Origin: Takakia lepidozioides
Lineage: Eukaryota > Plantae > Bryophyta
Direction of reading: 5' to 3'
DNA: 64,000 nucleotides
Assembly: GCA_030704615.1 (NCBI GenBank)
Contig: CM060733.1
Location: forward strand, 69,254,001 to 69,318,000
In this document: positions 12,072-22,972 of the stretch, one piece after another
Layout of the letters: each line of letters begins with the position of its first letter
Numbering within the stretch: position 1 is the first letter of the stretch
Translations under genes and position numbers: made by a program
Notes under the pieces: model-generated
What the model saw: only the letters and a program-made list of their open reading frames with translations
Told to the model about the DNA's origin: nothing
Databases searched by the model: none

Positions 12072-15000
12072 ATGCCGAAGGGGAGGAAGCAGATGCGTCT
12101 ACAGGAGGAGATTGCCATCTCCGAGCAGCAGGCCACTCAGGCAACCCAGCCACCAGTGAGAGCTCCATGCGATCGGGCTGCGCGCAGCTGATCGAGCACC
12201 GAACCCCCCATTTTGCTTCTGTAATTCTTAGACTGAATGCTAGGAGACTTGAATGCAGAACATGTTTGCATGCCTAACAGGAAAGGTGGACGTGCTGGAG
12301 GGATCGCAGGAATCCGAAGAGCCGCAGGAAGAGTCCGAGGAGCTAGCTGCAGCACGTACACCCACCCGATCCCCGAGCGCGGGTATTCCTGCCGGGCCTA
12401 GCCCTGTGCGTTTCAAAGACGCGGCTTCGAAGGGCAAGTTCAAAGCCCCAGAGATCGACTCGCGTTCTTCGGTCATGGAGAATCGCCAGCAGGGGTCGGG
12501 CCCTTCTCCAGCAAAGTCGAAGAAGAAGCAGCCCGTCCCTCTACTGGTTTCTGAACCGGCTCAGGCCGATTCACCCCCCCCAACGCGAATGAAGCAGCAG
12601 GGTAAAAGACAGATTCAATTGCAGCAGACACCTTCACCTGCAAGGATGAGGAAGCAGAAGGCAATCAGGGCGACGGCCGAACAATCTCCCGCAAAACCGC
12701 TTCCACGAGCTGAAGCTCAGTTCCTGGAGGATTTCCCGCCTGCAGATGTTGGGGCCGACTCTGCTGCAGCGAAGGCAATGGGATCGACCGTTTCTCGATT
12801 TGGTACCGGAGGAGGGTGCTGCCGCTGAACGTTCGCACAATAGACCTCACCACCGATGAGCAAGCAGGCCGGAGGAGGCCTCTGCAATGGCAGAATTGCC
12901 CGCAGACAGGCCCCAGAGTGCATCCAGTGAGGATGCTCCAGCTGCTCAGCCACTACCGGCACCTACAGACATGTCTCCGGAGGATTTCAAAAGTGCAGCG
13001 GTAAATGTTGGAGGAGACACACAGTAGCATTGGCAGAGTTCTGGGCAGCAGGGTATTCTAGCGGACTCTTCGAATCCCACTCTGTCGCATGGTCTCCCTT
13101 CCCATCGTCAGGCAGGCCCTTCCCGGAGATGTGGATAAGCTCAAGTTCGCATTTCGAGAAGGGTACCGTCTGGGATCGGCAGCGTTTTACGTTTCCATTG
13201 AGAATGAGGACGGCGAAACTCGTGGACCCACTGCCGATGAATTGTCAACGTGGGATACCCACTGGCACACTCGCAACAACGAATTCGAGGCGACGCTGAA
13301 GGGTGATCCAGACTTCGGCCATATGTCTGGTAAAATGTTCTTTGTGTGGGACGGGAATCACCGACTTCTTGCCTGGTGGGAGTACATCAAGCAGAACCAT
13401 GCCAAGCACATTGGCTGGCATTACATGGTGGAGTGTGTCATCCTCAAGGTGAAGGCGGCAGACTCCTCCCTGCTCAAGAATGCCATGGCGGACCTCAACT
13501 CGTAAGATACTCATACCCTCCCTAGCACGTTCGAAATGCGGTGCCGCATTTCGGTTTCCATTCTGGTTTGTTTCCGTGCTTCCGTGTACTGAACTGGAGA
13601 GTGTGCCTTGCAGGGTCACTGAGAATGCGTACGTGCATACCCACATGGCACATATGCTGTACAGGGTGAGGAAAACTGGTCTCACTGATCCGCAGATGTT
13701 TGCGGAAATGCTGGAGCCCGAGCTCATTCAGAAAGCCGTTGCAAAAACAGACCGGACATGGTATCGTCTCACTATGGATGGAATGGTGGAGGTGATATAC
13801 GAAGTAAGTCGTCCTCCAATTTCCCTCTGCTCATCCTTCCCCAATTTCCAGTAATCTTTTCCACATGAATCGAATGTAACGCTTTGCATGTTTTTGTTGG
13901 CAGTCAAACATCAAGCTGGATTTGGCCCATGCCAAACGCTTCTTCATGGAAAGTGAGGGGCAGGTCAAAACGTTGCAGTCATTGACTGAGCACTTGAAGG
14001 AAGCCGGTGTCAAGTCCAGAACCAAATACAAGTCAAAGCTTGTGAAGCTGGTGGCAATTGCAGATCCGGCACTTGGAAAGGACTTCATCCCCGAGATTGC
14101 AAAACACTATTCTCGGGCCATGCAGCCGACCATGCAATTGGAGAAACTGCATCACCTCTCAACGGCATGTGTGGAGGCGAAAGAGAAGGTGAGGTTTCAA
14201 TGCACTGAAGTTCCTTCCTAGCAATAGCCACTCTCTTCCAGCTCCTGACATTGGATCGGAAATGGCAGACACGGTGGCTGTCGATCTGGAATGCATCCGA
14301 GAGCATAAGGACAATGTGGTCTTTTCCACTCGAAGTTTCCGACCCTGCAGTGGATGTGTGGCTCAACCGCATGACTTGGTGGTTCCAGGTAATTCAAGGT
14401 ACTTCCCCATATTTTTTCTGAAATGAATTCCCTGAACTGCTACGTGACAATGCATTTGGGAATCGCAGGTAATGTCGAATGCGAAGGAGCAAGTCGTAAT
14501 GCACACAAATTCGTTCGGCTTGTACGTCAAATGGGATGGAACACAGACATTGGAAGACTACGTGACACGTTTCAGATGTGCGTACAAGGACAACCTTTTC
14601 GCCAGAGAGCTACAGACAGCAAGAAGGAGCGTGGAGTTTACACATCAGGAGGGAGCGGGGAAAGCTGCAATGCGAATTGTTTACAGGTGAAGCACAGCTG
14701 CCCTTGTATGCGAAGCCTGGTTACGAGGTTTGTCTCGGAAATGCGGCACCGCATTCGCATTTTATGTTTTGGTGGCACTCTGCGAGTAGGTTCGTCCAAT
14801 CTTTGCTCACGCATGCTGACTGCCTTGCAGGTATATGAAATACGTGCTCCTTCAGACAGGGGCCCTGGCTCAAGAGCCCCCGTTCTTCATGGCTTGGACC
14901 GTGGCGGGCCCAAGCTGTGTCTACACACCCGAGATGCAGAAACAATGGCATCCCGCGCATCTCGTTGGATGCCCGTGGTACCTGGAATGTCTGGCGGTAT

Positions 15001-17174
15001 TGTTGACGAGTCTGAGAAAGATCTGCACGCCTTGGCAGAAGAGAAGAGAAAGGAAAGACGTGTCCCTGCTGGGCCAAAGTCGGCAAAGGAATCTGCTGCT
15101 CTGGAAGAATCCAGAAAGGCAGCTGAGATGGCACAAAAGACGGTGGATGCAGCTGTGCAGGCCAACAGAAGGGGTCGAAGAAGAGGACTCGCCAGCAAGG
15201 AGCAGCTGTTGTGACACCCGCCAAACGAAGAAGCAGAAACAGCCTGTTCAGGAAGAGGGTGAGGAAGAGGACTCCGATGGAGACTTTGCAACCAGCCCAC
15301 CCCCCCAACGCAGGCTGCCTCCCCCCCTGCCCACCGTTGTCATGAGAGGCACGAGAACTGGCTCGGCAAAGAAGGCACTCTTCAACCCCCCAGGGGGGCA
15401 CCCTTTCGAGCCGGTGGAAAAATGAAGAGGCGAAAGTGGCTCCCGAAACAGTAGTCCAGTGTGTAAATCTTGGCGGCTTTGGATGGACGGGCAGCCAAGT
15501 TGGCATACATGAAGACCATGGAGGGTCTGAAGGGCAGTGCACTGAAGAAGGCGACTGCCGAAGAGCCTTCCGACACCCCAGGATTTCAGAATATGGTCTC
15601 GTTCTTTGAGAGGGTGTGTGCAGACAAGGATTGTAGGAGGGGCGGAAATGCCACCGAGTGGTCTTGCGATATGATCATCTTGGATATTCCGGACGGAGAG
15701 CCTGTGGAAGGACTGCAAGCTTTGCCATCTTGGAACAGGTACTCGGAGGACTTTTGGAAGAAAGGATTCGGGCTTGCCCGCATGGTGTTGGACGACAGAG
15801 GCTGTCTGGTTGTCCTGGCGAGCAGAGGAAAAAACACTCAGACAGGAATTGCGAAGTGGACCCGCAAGAGCGCCGTCCCGATTCTGAAAAAGAAGTGGAC
15901 GTGCATCAACACACTGGGCCTTCGGTCGGAAGGGAAGAAGGTGATTACGACACTGGCACTCGTCCATTCATTTGCTTGGGTGTTTTCAAATGCGGTGTGC
16001 CGCATTCGGTTTCTAATCGTTTCCCCCCTGTGTATGCAGACGAAGCAGTTCGATGCATACTGCTTTGTGAAGGAGAACTCCACCTTTGCTTTCCGGAAGG
16101 AGGGAGGAAAGGTTGACCCGAACTGCGACCCCCTCGATTACGACGTTCTGTTCAACAACGTCCCAAGGAACTTCTCCCTCATAGCCTCACTTCAACGGAA
16201 CCCCTGCGGTACTCACGGACTCGGAGCCCTGCCTTCATTCAGACAATTATGGAGACATGCACAGACGTGGAGGGCACAGTGCTCGACCTCATCTGTGGGA
16301 CAGGTATGCAGAATCTTGATCTATGCTGTTCTGCAAATTCTCGTTAGGATGTAGTTCGCAACATCTGAAGCGCCATGTTGTAATGTGTGGATGGCATTGT
16401 AACAGGTGCCTCAATGTGGGCTGGGCGGTTTTCCGACCGGCACCTCTTTGCCTACGAGGAGGATTCATCCGTGTGGGGATCCCATCTGGAAGGGCTGCAA
16501 CGGAATGTTAAGGCTCCCAACAGAGCGGAAGTCTCCTCGGATTCGTCGGAGTCCGAGGAAGACACAGTGGACATTGATGCGGAGGAGAACCCGGAATACG
16601 AGTGAGTGCAAACATTGTAAGTTTGCAAAGCCTTCTGGGTCATTTTTGTCAAACGAATTTCCGGACTGTGGTTCTCATTAGTCTCGTTGATGATTGTCAT
16701 GTGCAAGATTGCAGGGTCCGGGTCGAAACATGTAGGGCCTACACTTCCTGCCAGGAAGAATGTCCCGTTCTTTACGAGGGCCGACTTCATGACGAGCCCG
16801 GTGAGGGACTACTCCCTCCTAGTTATGCAGCTAAACTCGCAAATACAGCGATTAGAAGAAGTGAGAATCCCAGTAAAGTAGAGCAGATTTTGGAGAGGGC
16901 TAGGGAGGACAGAAGGATAAGGAAAGAGTTGGCAGCAGCTCAGACAGGTAGACGGGTACGAAAGTACATATGTGATTCAGCGGATGAGAGCGACGCAGAC
17001 AGGGAGGAAGACGACCCAACGGAGGTGAGATGGACAGTTCCGCAAGGGGAAGATGGGATTTTCGAAAGCCTGGCCAACGAGCAGTCCGCTGGAGATGAGA
17101 AAGGCACTGAGGGGGTGGAGGCGGAGCAGGACAGTCTAGAACAGGATGAGGATTCGGATGATTTTCAAGATTAA
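12072..17174 (+). CDS. Multi-exon gene: low-complexity N-terminus, ParB/Srx-like domain and beta-class N6-adenine/N4-cytosine DNA methyltransferase fold; frameshifted in this copy
   Basis: ParB-like IPLCRMVSLPIVR..DVDKLKFAFREGY..FFVWDGNHRLLAW (~13075-13380). MTase motif IV-like CDMIILDIPDG (DIPD at 15683-15694), then ARMVLDDRGCLVVL. SAM-binding motif I RSPAFIQTIMETCTDVEGTVLDLICGTG|ASMWAGRFSDRHLFAYEED joined across GT-AG intron 16304-16405. Other introns: 13502-13613, 14687-14830, 15941-16039. Start codon and several exon limits are approximate. Confidence 0.72.
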
Positions 17175-17310
17175 TAGAATTTTAATGAAGTCTCTGTAAA
17201 TGTAAATTCTCTTCCAGAGTATATAAAGGAAATTCTCCCCGACATTCGTGACCCCTCTCCAGTGTGCATTCCAGCCACACAATCGCCCAAACCACGACGC
17301 TCCCAAAATC

Positions 17311-18046
17311 AGAAATGGGGCACCGCATTTCCAAAATTTTGGCAACTCTAAAAACCTCTTTTGGAAATGCGGCACCGCATTTCCAAAACAGGGGAGGGAC
17401 TAAATTTTCCATTTCAATGTTGGCATAGTAAAAAGTAATCGGCCGATTGGAAATGCGGTGCCGCATTTCCAAAATTTCCTTTGTCCACACGCCAGTTTTG
17501 GCCTCTCCCGCTCATTCATGGATGCCACCACGCTTACAGAGGTCGAACAAGGAGGTCGAACAAGGAGGTCGAGATGGCGGAATTGGAAATGCGGTGCCGC
17601 ATTTCCATATTGGGGATGGTCGTTGTTCGAACTGCAGGCCCATCAGCAAAAATTGGCACCGCATTCCATTGTCAAAAAAAAGTCGATGACGGACATGGAA
17701 ATGCGGCGCCGCATTTCCAGAACGGACATCGCAATTTGTCCATTTGCAGACCCTCTCACGGAAATGCGGTAACGCATTCCATCGCGCTGGTCGGAAATGT
17801 CACACTTTTCGAAGTGTTGGACGGAAATGCGGCACCGCATTCCCTTGTCCAAAAAGAAGTTTCCATTGCCAAGCTGGAAATGCGTCGCCGCATTTGCAAT
17901 GCCAACCTCGTTGTCTGTCCAATTTATAGACCCGTGTTGGTATTTCGTGTACCTGGACGGAAATGATGCACCGCATTCCATTGTCCGACACTAAAATGCG
18001 GTTCATACATTTCGATGCCGACATGGAAATGCGGTGCCGCATTTCA
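17311..18046. repeat. Second, looser array of the same 22-bp palindrome (~11 copies)
   Basis: Copies at 17311, 17363, 17449, 17585, ~17648, 17697, 17760, 17823, 17876, 17959 and 18025, with mostly unique spacers. Confidence 0.9.
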
Positions 18047-18303
18047 ATGTCCGACATGGCGTTACTCTGGTATATTCTTTGTCACATGACTCTCATACCG
18101 GTTACTCTGGTATATTCATCCGAACAGACAAATTGTAGAAATGAGACATCAAATTGTAAACAGTGGGCCAATTCCGACAGTTATTCAACAGAATGAAACA
18201 CAATCACACAGAAGTGAGGTACGATGGGTTTATTGATCGGACACGATGTCTCACATTTACCAACTGCAGACAAAACTAAGCCCTTCCTCCTTCTACATGG
18301 GCT

Positions 18304-18882
18304 TCACCAAGTCGACGGAACTTCGATACCCCTCAAAACAAGCTCATTACTGCTGCGGCACCTCGAGGTAAACTGCAATTCGGTCGTTCTGCTGCCCTTG
18401 CTGGAGCCGACGACAATGTCATGTCCATCAATGATACCACCATCATACATTGACAAGGTCACTGTGGGCCTCATGTGCCCGTGCGAATCGTCTTTGCAAC
18501 TCAGCCGAATGTCTCCATACACTGGAAGAGCGGAGTGATCTGCATGTATATAGTTTTCCCCGGTGCCGTCCTCCCTGGTCCACTGGCAGCAGTTCCAGCG
18601 CCAAAGCGAGGCCGTGCGTGATCTGTCCGGCATCCCTTTCCAGCTTGGTATATCGAGGTCAACAATTTTCAGGACCCACGGACCGCATTGACCCTCGCCC
18701 TCACCTTGCTCAAAGCGGTAATAGCCCTCCAGATACTCCATTGCGCGCAAAGACTCTTGCTTGATTCCAGCAGCGTCTGTGAAAACAGAGAGCCAGACAA
18801 TGATGTCTTCTGATTCTGGTTTGAACATAGCATAATCGTGGCCATGATAAGGGCAGTCGGCTGGATTTCGGCGGCACGACAT
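18304..18882 (-). CDS. Hypothetical 192-aa protein (MULE cargo A)
   Basis: Intact ORF from MSCRRNPADCPYHGHDYAM, colinear with the paralog at 19439-19992. Confidence 0.6.
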   Translation of the reverse strand: MSCRRNPADCPYHGHDYAMFKPESEDIIVWLSVFTDAAGIKQESLRAMEYLEGYYRFEQGEGEGQCGPWVLKIVDLDIPSWKGMPDRSRTASLWRWNCCQWTREDGTGENYIHADHSALPVYGDIRLSCKDDSHGHMRPTVTLSMYDGGIIDGHDIVVGSSKGSRTTELQFTSRCRSSNELVLRGIEVPSTW

Positions 18883-19438
18883 CCTTGAAAAAGAGTAGCG
18901 GAGTATGCTCAATGACAGCAGCTCCCGGATGGAGGAGGAGCAGCGCGGTGGCTGGAAAAAGTTCAAGCTAACGCTGCAATTCCTCACAAACACTCCAGGG
19001 CACATTTAAATTTCCCCCCTACAGGATCCTGGACCGATGAAGATTGGTTGCTGCATGAATGTAGCCGTTTCAGTTTCCTACCCTGCCATGCAAACTATGG
19101 GCAGTCACTGCCAGGTGGGTCGATAGCCACTGGACACGACGAAGTCCATCCCCTCTTCGATGTAAATGCGGCGCCGAATTTCCATCCGGGGGGATGGACT
19201 TCGGTGGCAGATCTCAAACTATAACTTGTTGATGAGAAAGATGTATGGGTTCATCCACCGCTGGCGTGATGAACACGTTCCACCTCCGTCGGTGGGTACG
19301 TGGGACCCAGATGCTCCATTATTGGAGGCCGGACTGCTCTTCCGCTTCGCATCATTTCCAAAATCTAAGGGCTTCGTAGCTGTCCGCAAGGTCATTGTCA
19401 TCGGCATCCAAGTCATCCTCAGGTCCTCCTTTGCAAGG

Positions 19439-19992
19439 ATGTCGTGCTTCCGGAACCGGGACGACTGCCCATTTGGAGGCATCGATTATGCAATGTATTC
19501 GGCCACATCGGGAGACATTGTTATCTGGTACACAGATTATAGAGAAGATACTGGTTCGATTGTGGAAACATTGGTGGCTTTTGAGTATATCCTAGGCCAC
19601 TACGCCTTCAAGCGGGGTGACGATCTTGGTCTGAGGAGTCCGTGGCTCCTGCGCATCCTTGATTCCGATTTTCCCAGCTACGACGGTCACCCATGCAGAA
19701 GAAGGCGCACTGCTATGCTGTTGCGGTGGAACTGCTGCCACTGGACTCCATCGGAGAGACCTATTCTCCTGAAGGAGTGCGCTCCTCTTCTCCATTGTAT
19801 GGGGACATTCGCATTGGTGTGGACGACAAAAACGTGAATATTTCCATATTCGATGGTGGTATGATTGAAGGGCAGGACATTGTGGTGAACATCACTAGGG
19901 GCGGTACAACGGCTGCAATCGACTTTACCTGGAGGAGCCCCATGACTCATGAGCTAGTTCTGAGAGCAGTCGAAGTCCCATTGACAACGTGA
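19439..19992 (+). pseudogene. Paralog of cargo A (cargo B), one frameshift near 19750
   Basis: MSCFRNRDDCPFGGIDYAM..PWLLRILDSDFPS..RWNCCHWT, then in another frame PLYGDIRI..DGGMIEGQDIVV..ELVLRAVEVP, matching cargo A throughout. Confidence 0.6.
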
Positions 19993-20431
19993 CTTGTATT
20001 CAGTAGGCACAGGGCTAAAGATTTGATTGCACAATCAGCACAGTAGACGTGCTTCAAATGCAATTCATGTGGATCAATAAAAACCTCATTGTGCCCTCTT
20101 TTTATTCTATTCTGTGTCCATCGTTCCGAGAATGCGTCATTGCTCATTTCGTTGGGATTGGGAGTGTGGGTGGATTTTGCAAGTGGCTGGTAGGCTGAAA
20201 TGGGCCCCCATTGTACAGAGCAGTACCACCCTTCCATTCGCGAAACATTGCCTTTCAATATATAATTCTAAATAACATTGCCGAACCTCCTTCATCGGGA
20301 GGTCCTTCTCCCCCTATGACCGTGGCACCCTAAACCCTATTCCCACGGACACTCATTTCCGGAAAATAGTGCTGCTCATGTTTTTTTCCACACTTACGAC
20401 TCTGCTCATGGCTCATGAAATAGCAGCCCCC

Positions 20432-22535
20432 GCACCCTGATAGTGTTTCCTACAAATTAATCCATGCCACAAACAAACCCATGCCACAAGTCAGTAAGCA
20501 ATGTGAGGGCTGACTATATACACATAGCAATTCAATGAGGAACAAAATACAGAGTCGTGATGATGCCACTTACCAAGCGTGCTTCCACCATTGCCTTCCC
20601 ACCACGACCAGTCTTGGTAGGATTCAGAATTGCACCATTTGCCTTCTTTATGTTGCCCGACACTTTGTGGAACACCTCTGTCTGCCAGTAACTTACAAGC
20701 TTGTTCCATACCTTGTCAGATACAGTAATGGGTTTCCCCTTACCACCCAACCACGCAGTGTGTGCTTCATAACGCTGGCTCTTCATTATTCTGCCAATTG
20801 TTTGTTTTAGGTGGAAGTCTTTTAACTCGTGCGGCGTATATGAAAATAGCTTAGCCAGGTCATCTCTGATTTCGTATACAACTTCATCAGGTTGGTTGTT
20901 GATGGCAAGGGAACAATCTTGCTTGCGATAAGCCTGTCCTTTAAGGGCAGCGTGCCATACATTCCGGGTCTGACCATACGGGGCTCCTTTGAGGTTCGTC
21001 AAAATCACTGTGGGAGGAAGACCTGCAGCTATTCTCTCTTCCTTGACCTTGGCAGCTTCAATTTTGGCTGAGCTATTAGCCCTCCTTAAAGCATTGGTTC
21101 TATCATTCTTTGAAACGGCACCCTCCCCTCCTTCAGAGACCTCCGTGCGCTCAGGAGAATTCAAAGCAGGATCCTGCCAAGTAGGGACTGGTGGCCATGG
21201 TTGTTGGCCAGAAGGCCGAGGACCATACTGGCCATACTGTCCATAAGCCGGAGGATATTGCGGTGGCCTGCCACCCCCATAGCTATTAGGGGGTGGCAAA
21301 TATGGTGGAGGAGGATACTGGCCATACTGCCCATATGGAGGAGCACCATATTGACCCTGACCATACTGAGTGCCAGACTGTGGGTACTGAGGCATACCAT
21401 AATAAGGTGGGGGTACTGGTGGCACAGAACCCACAACGTTGGGAGAGTTAGGGCCACCTCCTGCGTTCTTGTGGGCGCCATCTCCATTACTAGCAGCAGG
21501 GATCGTGGATCCAGTGCGCTTGTGCTTGCCCTGAAAAGAAATTCCCCCAGTACAATGTGGGTGATTACACATACATATAGGCAGCAAGCAGCAAATCCTT
21601 GAATTCAGGCAAAACAAACTGGAAGCACATATCATTTGTAAAGACAAGATTACCCAAAACTCAGTATGATCTTGGGCAGTAAATCTCCCAAATTTGATTG
21701 GCCCCAATGATGTCCTCCCAGTACATTTTTGAGCCCTCTTAGGTATGGGGTGTTCCTGAAATCCATAGCAAGAATTCAAATGGACAAACCTGATGGGTCC
21801 ATGAGAAGTATCCCTCCAAGTTTTACTGATATTCTGGGTGCATAAGTAACCCAAGTATCTCTATAAGTAGCCATTGTAGCTTAGTACCAGGACGTTGGTT
21901 TCATGGGGCAAAGAATTTGAACACACCTGAAGTCTACATTGGCCTGACATCATGCCTTTGGCACTTCAACTTGTCTAGTGGAAATCATTTGTGATTGTGC
22001 CTTGGCTGACCCTTGCATTGTCCAACTTCCCTGTCTTGACAGACATACCCTATCTCTTCGTGATTTTACCAAAAACATACATAATTAGAATCATGGTCAT
22101 TGTGAAGAACTATAACTCACAGACGGAGAAGGTGTTCGTAGTGTAGATGATGGGTGTTTTTGTCCTGCGACATGAGCATGGGCATGTTCTCATCGGCTTG
22201 CCGTGGCATCCGCCGACGACGCACTCGCCTCGCACTGGCGTGGGAGGAGTGGATCGTCCTCATCGTCCTCAGAAGAGCCCTCATGCAAAATCGTAGTCTT
22301 CATCGTCTTCAGTTTGGCACTTTGCCTTGCAGGACCTTGATCCCTACCTTTTTCCTTCGGAGCGCGTGGCTTGCGAGGGCGATTCGCTCCCGCAAGCCTG
22401 CACAAACACCTCCATGACCTCCCTCTCAAACAATCACAAACAAATGTAAGCATACATACCCTAATACTCTTAAGCCTACGCTGAACCACAGCCGCACCCT
22501 ACCAGGACGTAATGCCTGCCCACGAATGACGACAT
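20432..22535 (-). CDS. 5' exons of the CACTA TnpA-like (Transposase_24/Ptta-type) gene
   Basis: KPITVSDKVWNKLVSYWQTEVFHKVS..KTGRGGKAMVEARL after a P/Y/G/Q-rich region. Intron 20573-20450; the next exon is split by the MULE. The 5' exon limits are approximate. Confidence 0.7.
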
Positions 22536-22972
22536 CTCCCGCCTAATGACACACCCTCCTCAAACCTAATCGTCACTCACTGCATGTTGTTTGCCTCTCT
22601 GTTTGTACAAGTCGCAGCTACTCGCCCCCATTTGTGCTATGAAGCTTATGATCGCTGTAGGAAGGTTAGAGGATAAGGCAAATCGCAAGTTTAGTGGGTG
22701 GGTATCCAAAGTCAGGAACTAAACTCACCCATCTATCGACTGCTTGAACGTTGCTTCCACCTCCTTTATGGCAGCAATCCGGCGCTCTCGGAACTTCTCG
22801 TACTCAGTGAGAGGGACTGTCACTTCGAAGACCTTCCGCTTCACCATGGACACTCAGAAACGATACTTATAGTATACTATAGATATAGAAATAGCACATT
22901 GGCAGCTGATGCAAAACTAGAGACAATGCACTGTGCGTAGCATGCAAAGAGGGAAGGGGTGACGTTCAAAGC

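Larger units (their letters stand above)
5450..20431. mobile_element. Complete ~15-kb MULE-like DNA transposon with short imperfect TIRs and cargo genes
   Basis: Identical 9-bp TSD GCACCCTGA at 5441-5449 and 20432-20440. Ends GAGGTTTACTATTTCATGAGC and rc GGGGGCTGCTATTTCATGAGC match 17/21, with CATGAGC subterminal repeats at both ends. Removing the element and one TSD restores an in-frame exon (ETLSGCPPTLYEIQEG) of the CACTA gene. Confidence 0.92.

Noticed and set aside
15683-15694. Claim that the MTase is active, or specifically 6mA versus 4mC
   Set aside because: Motif IV is non-canonical (DIPD) and this copy has frameshifts; specificity cannot be read from the sequence.
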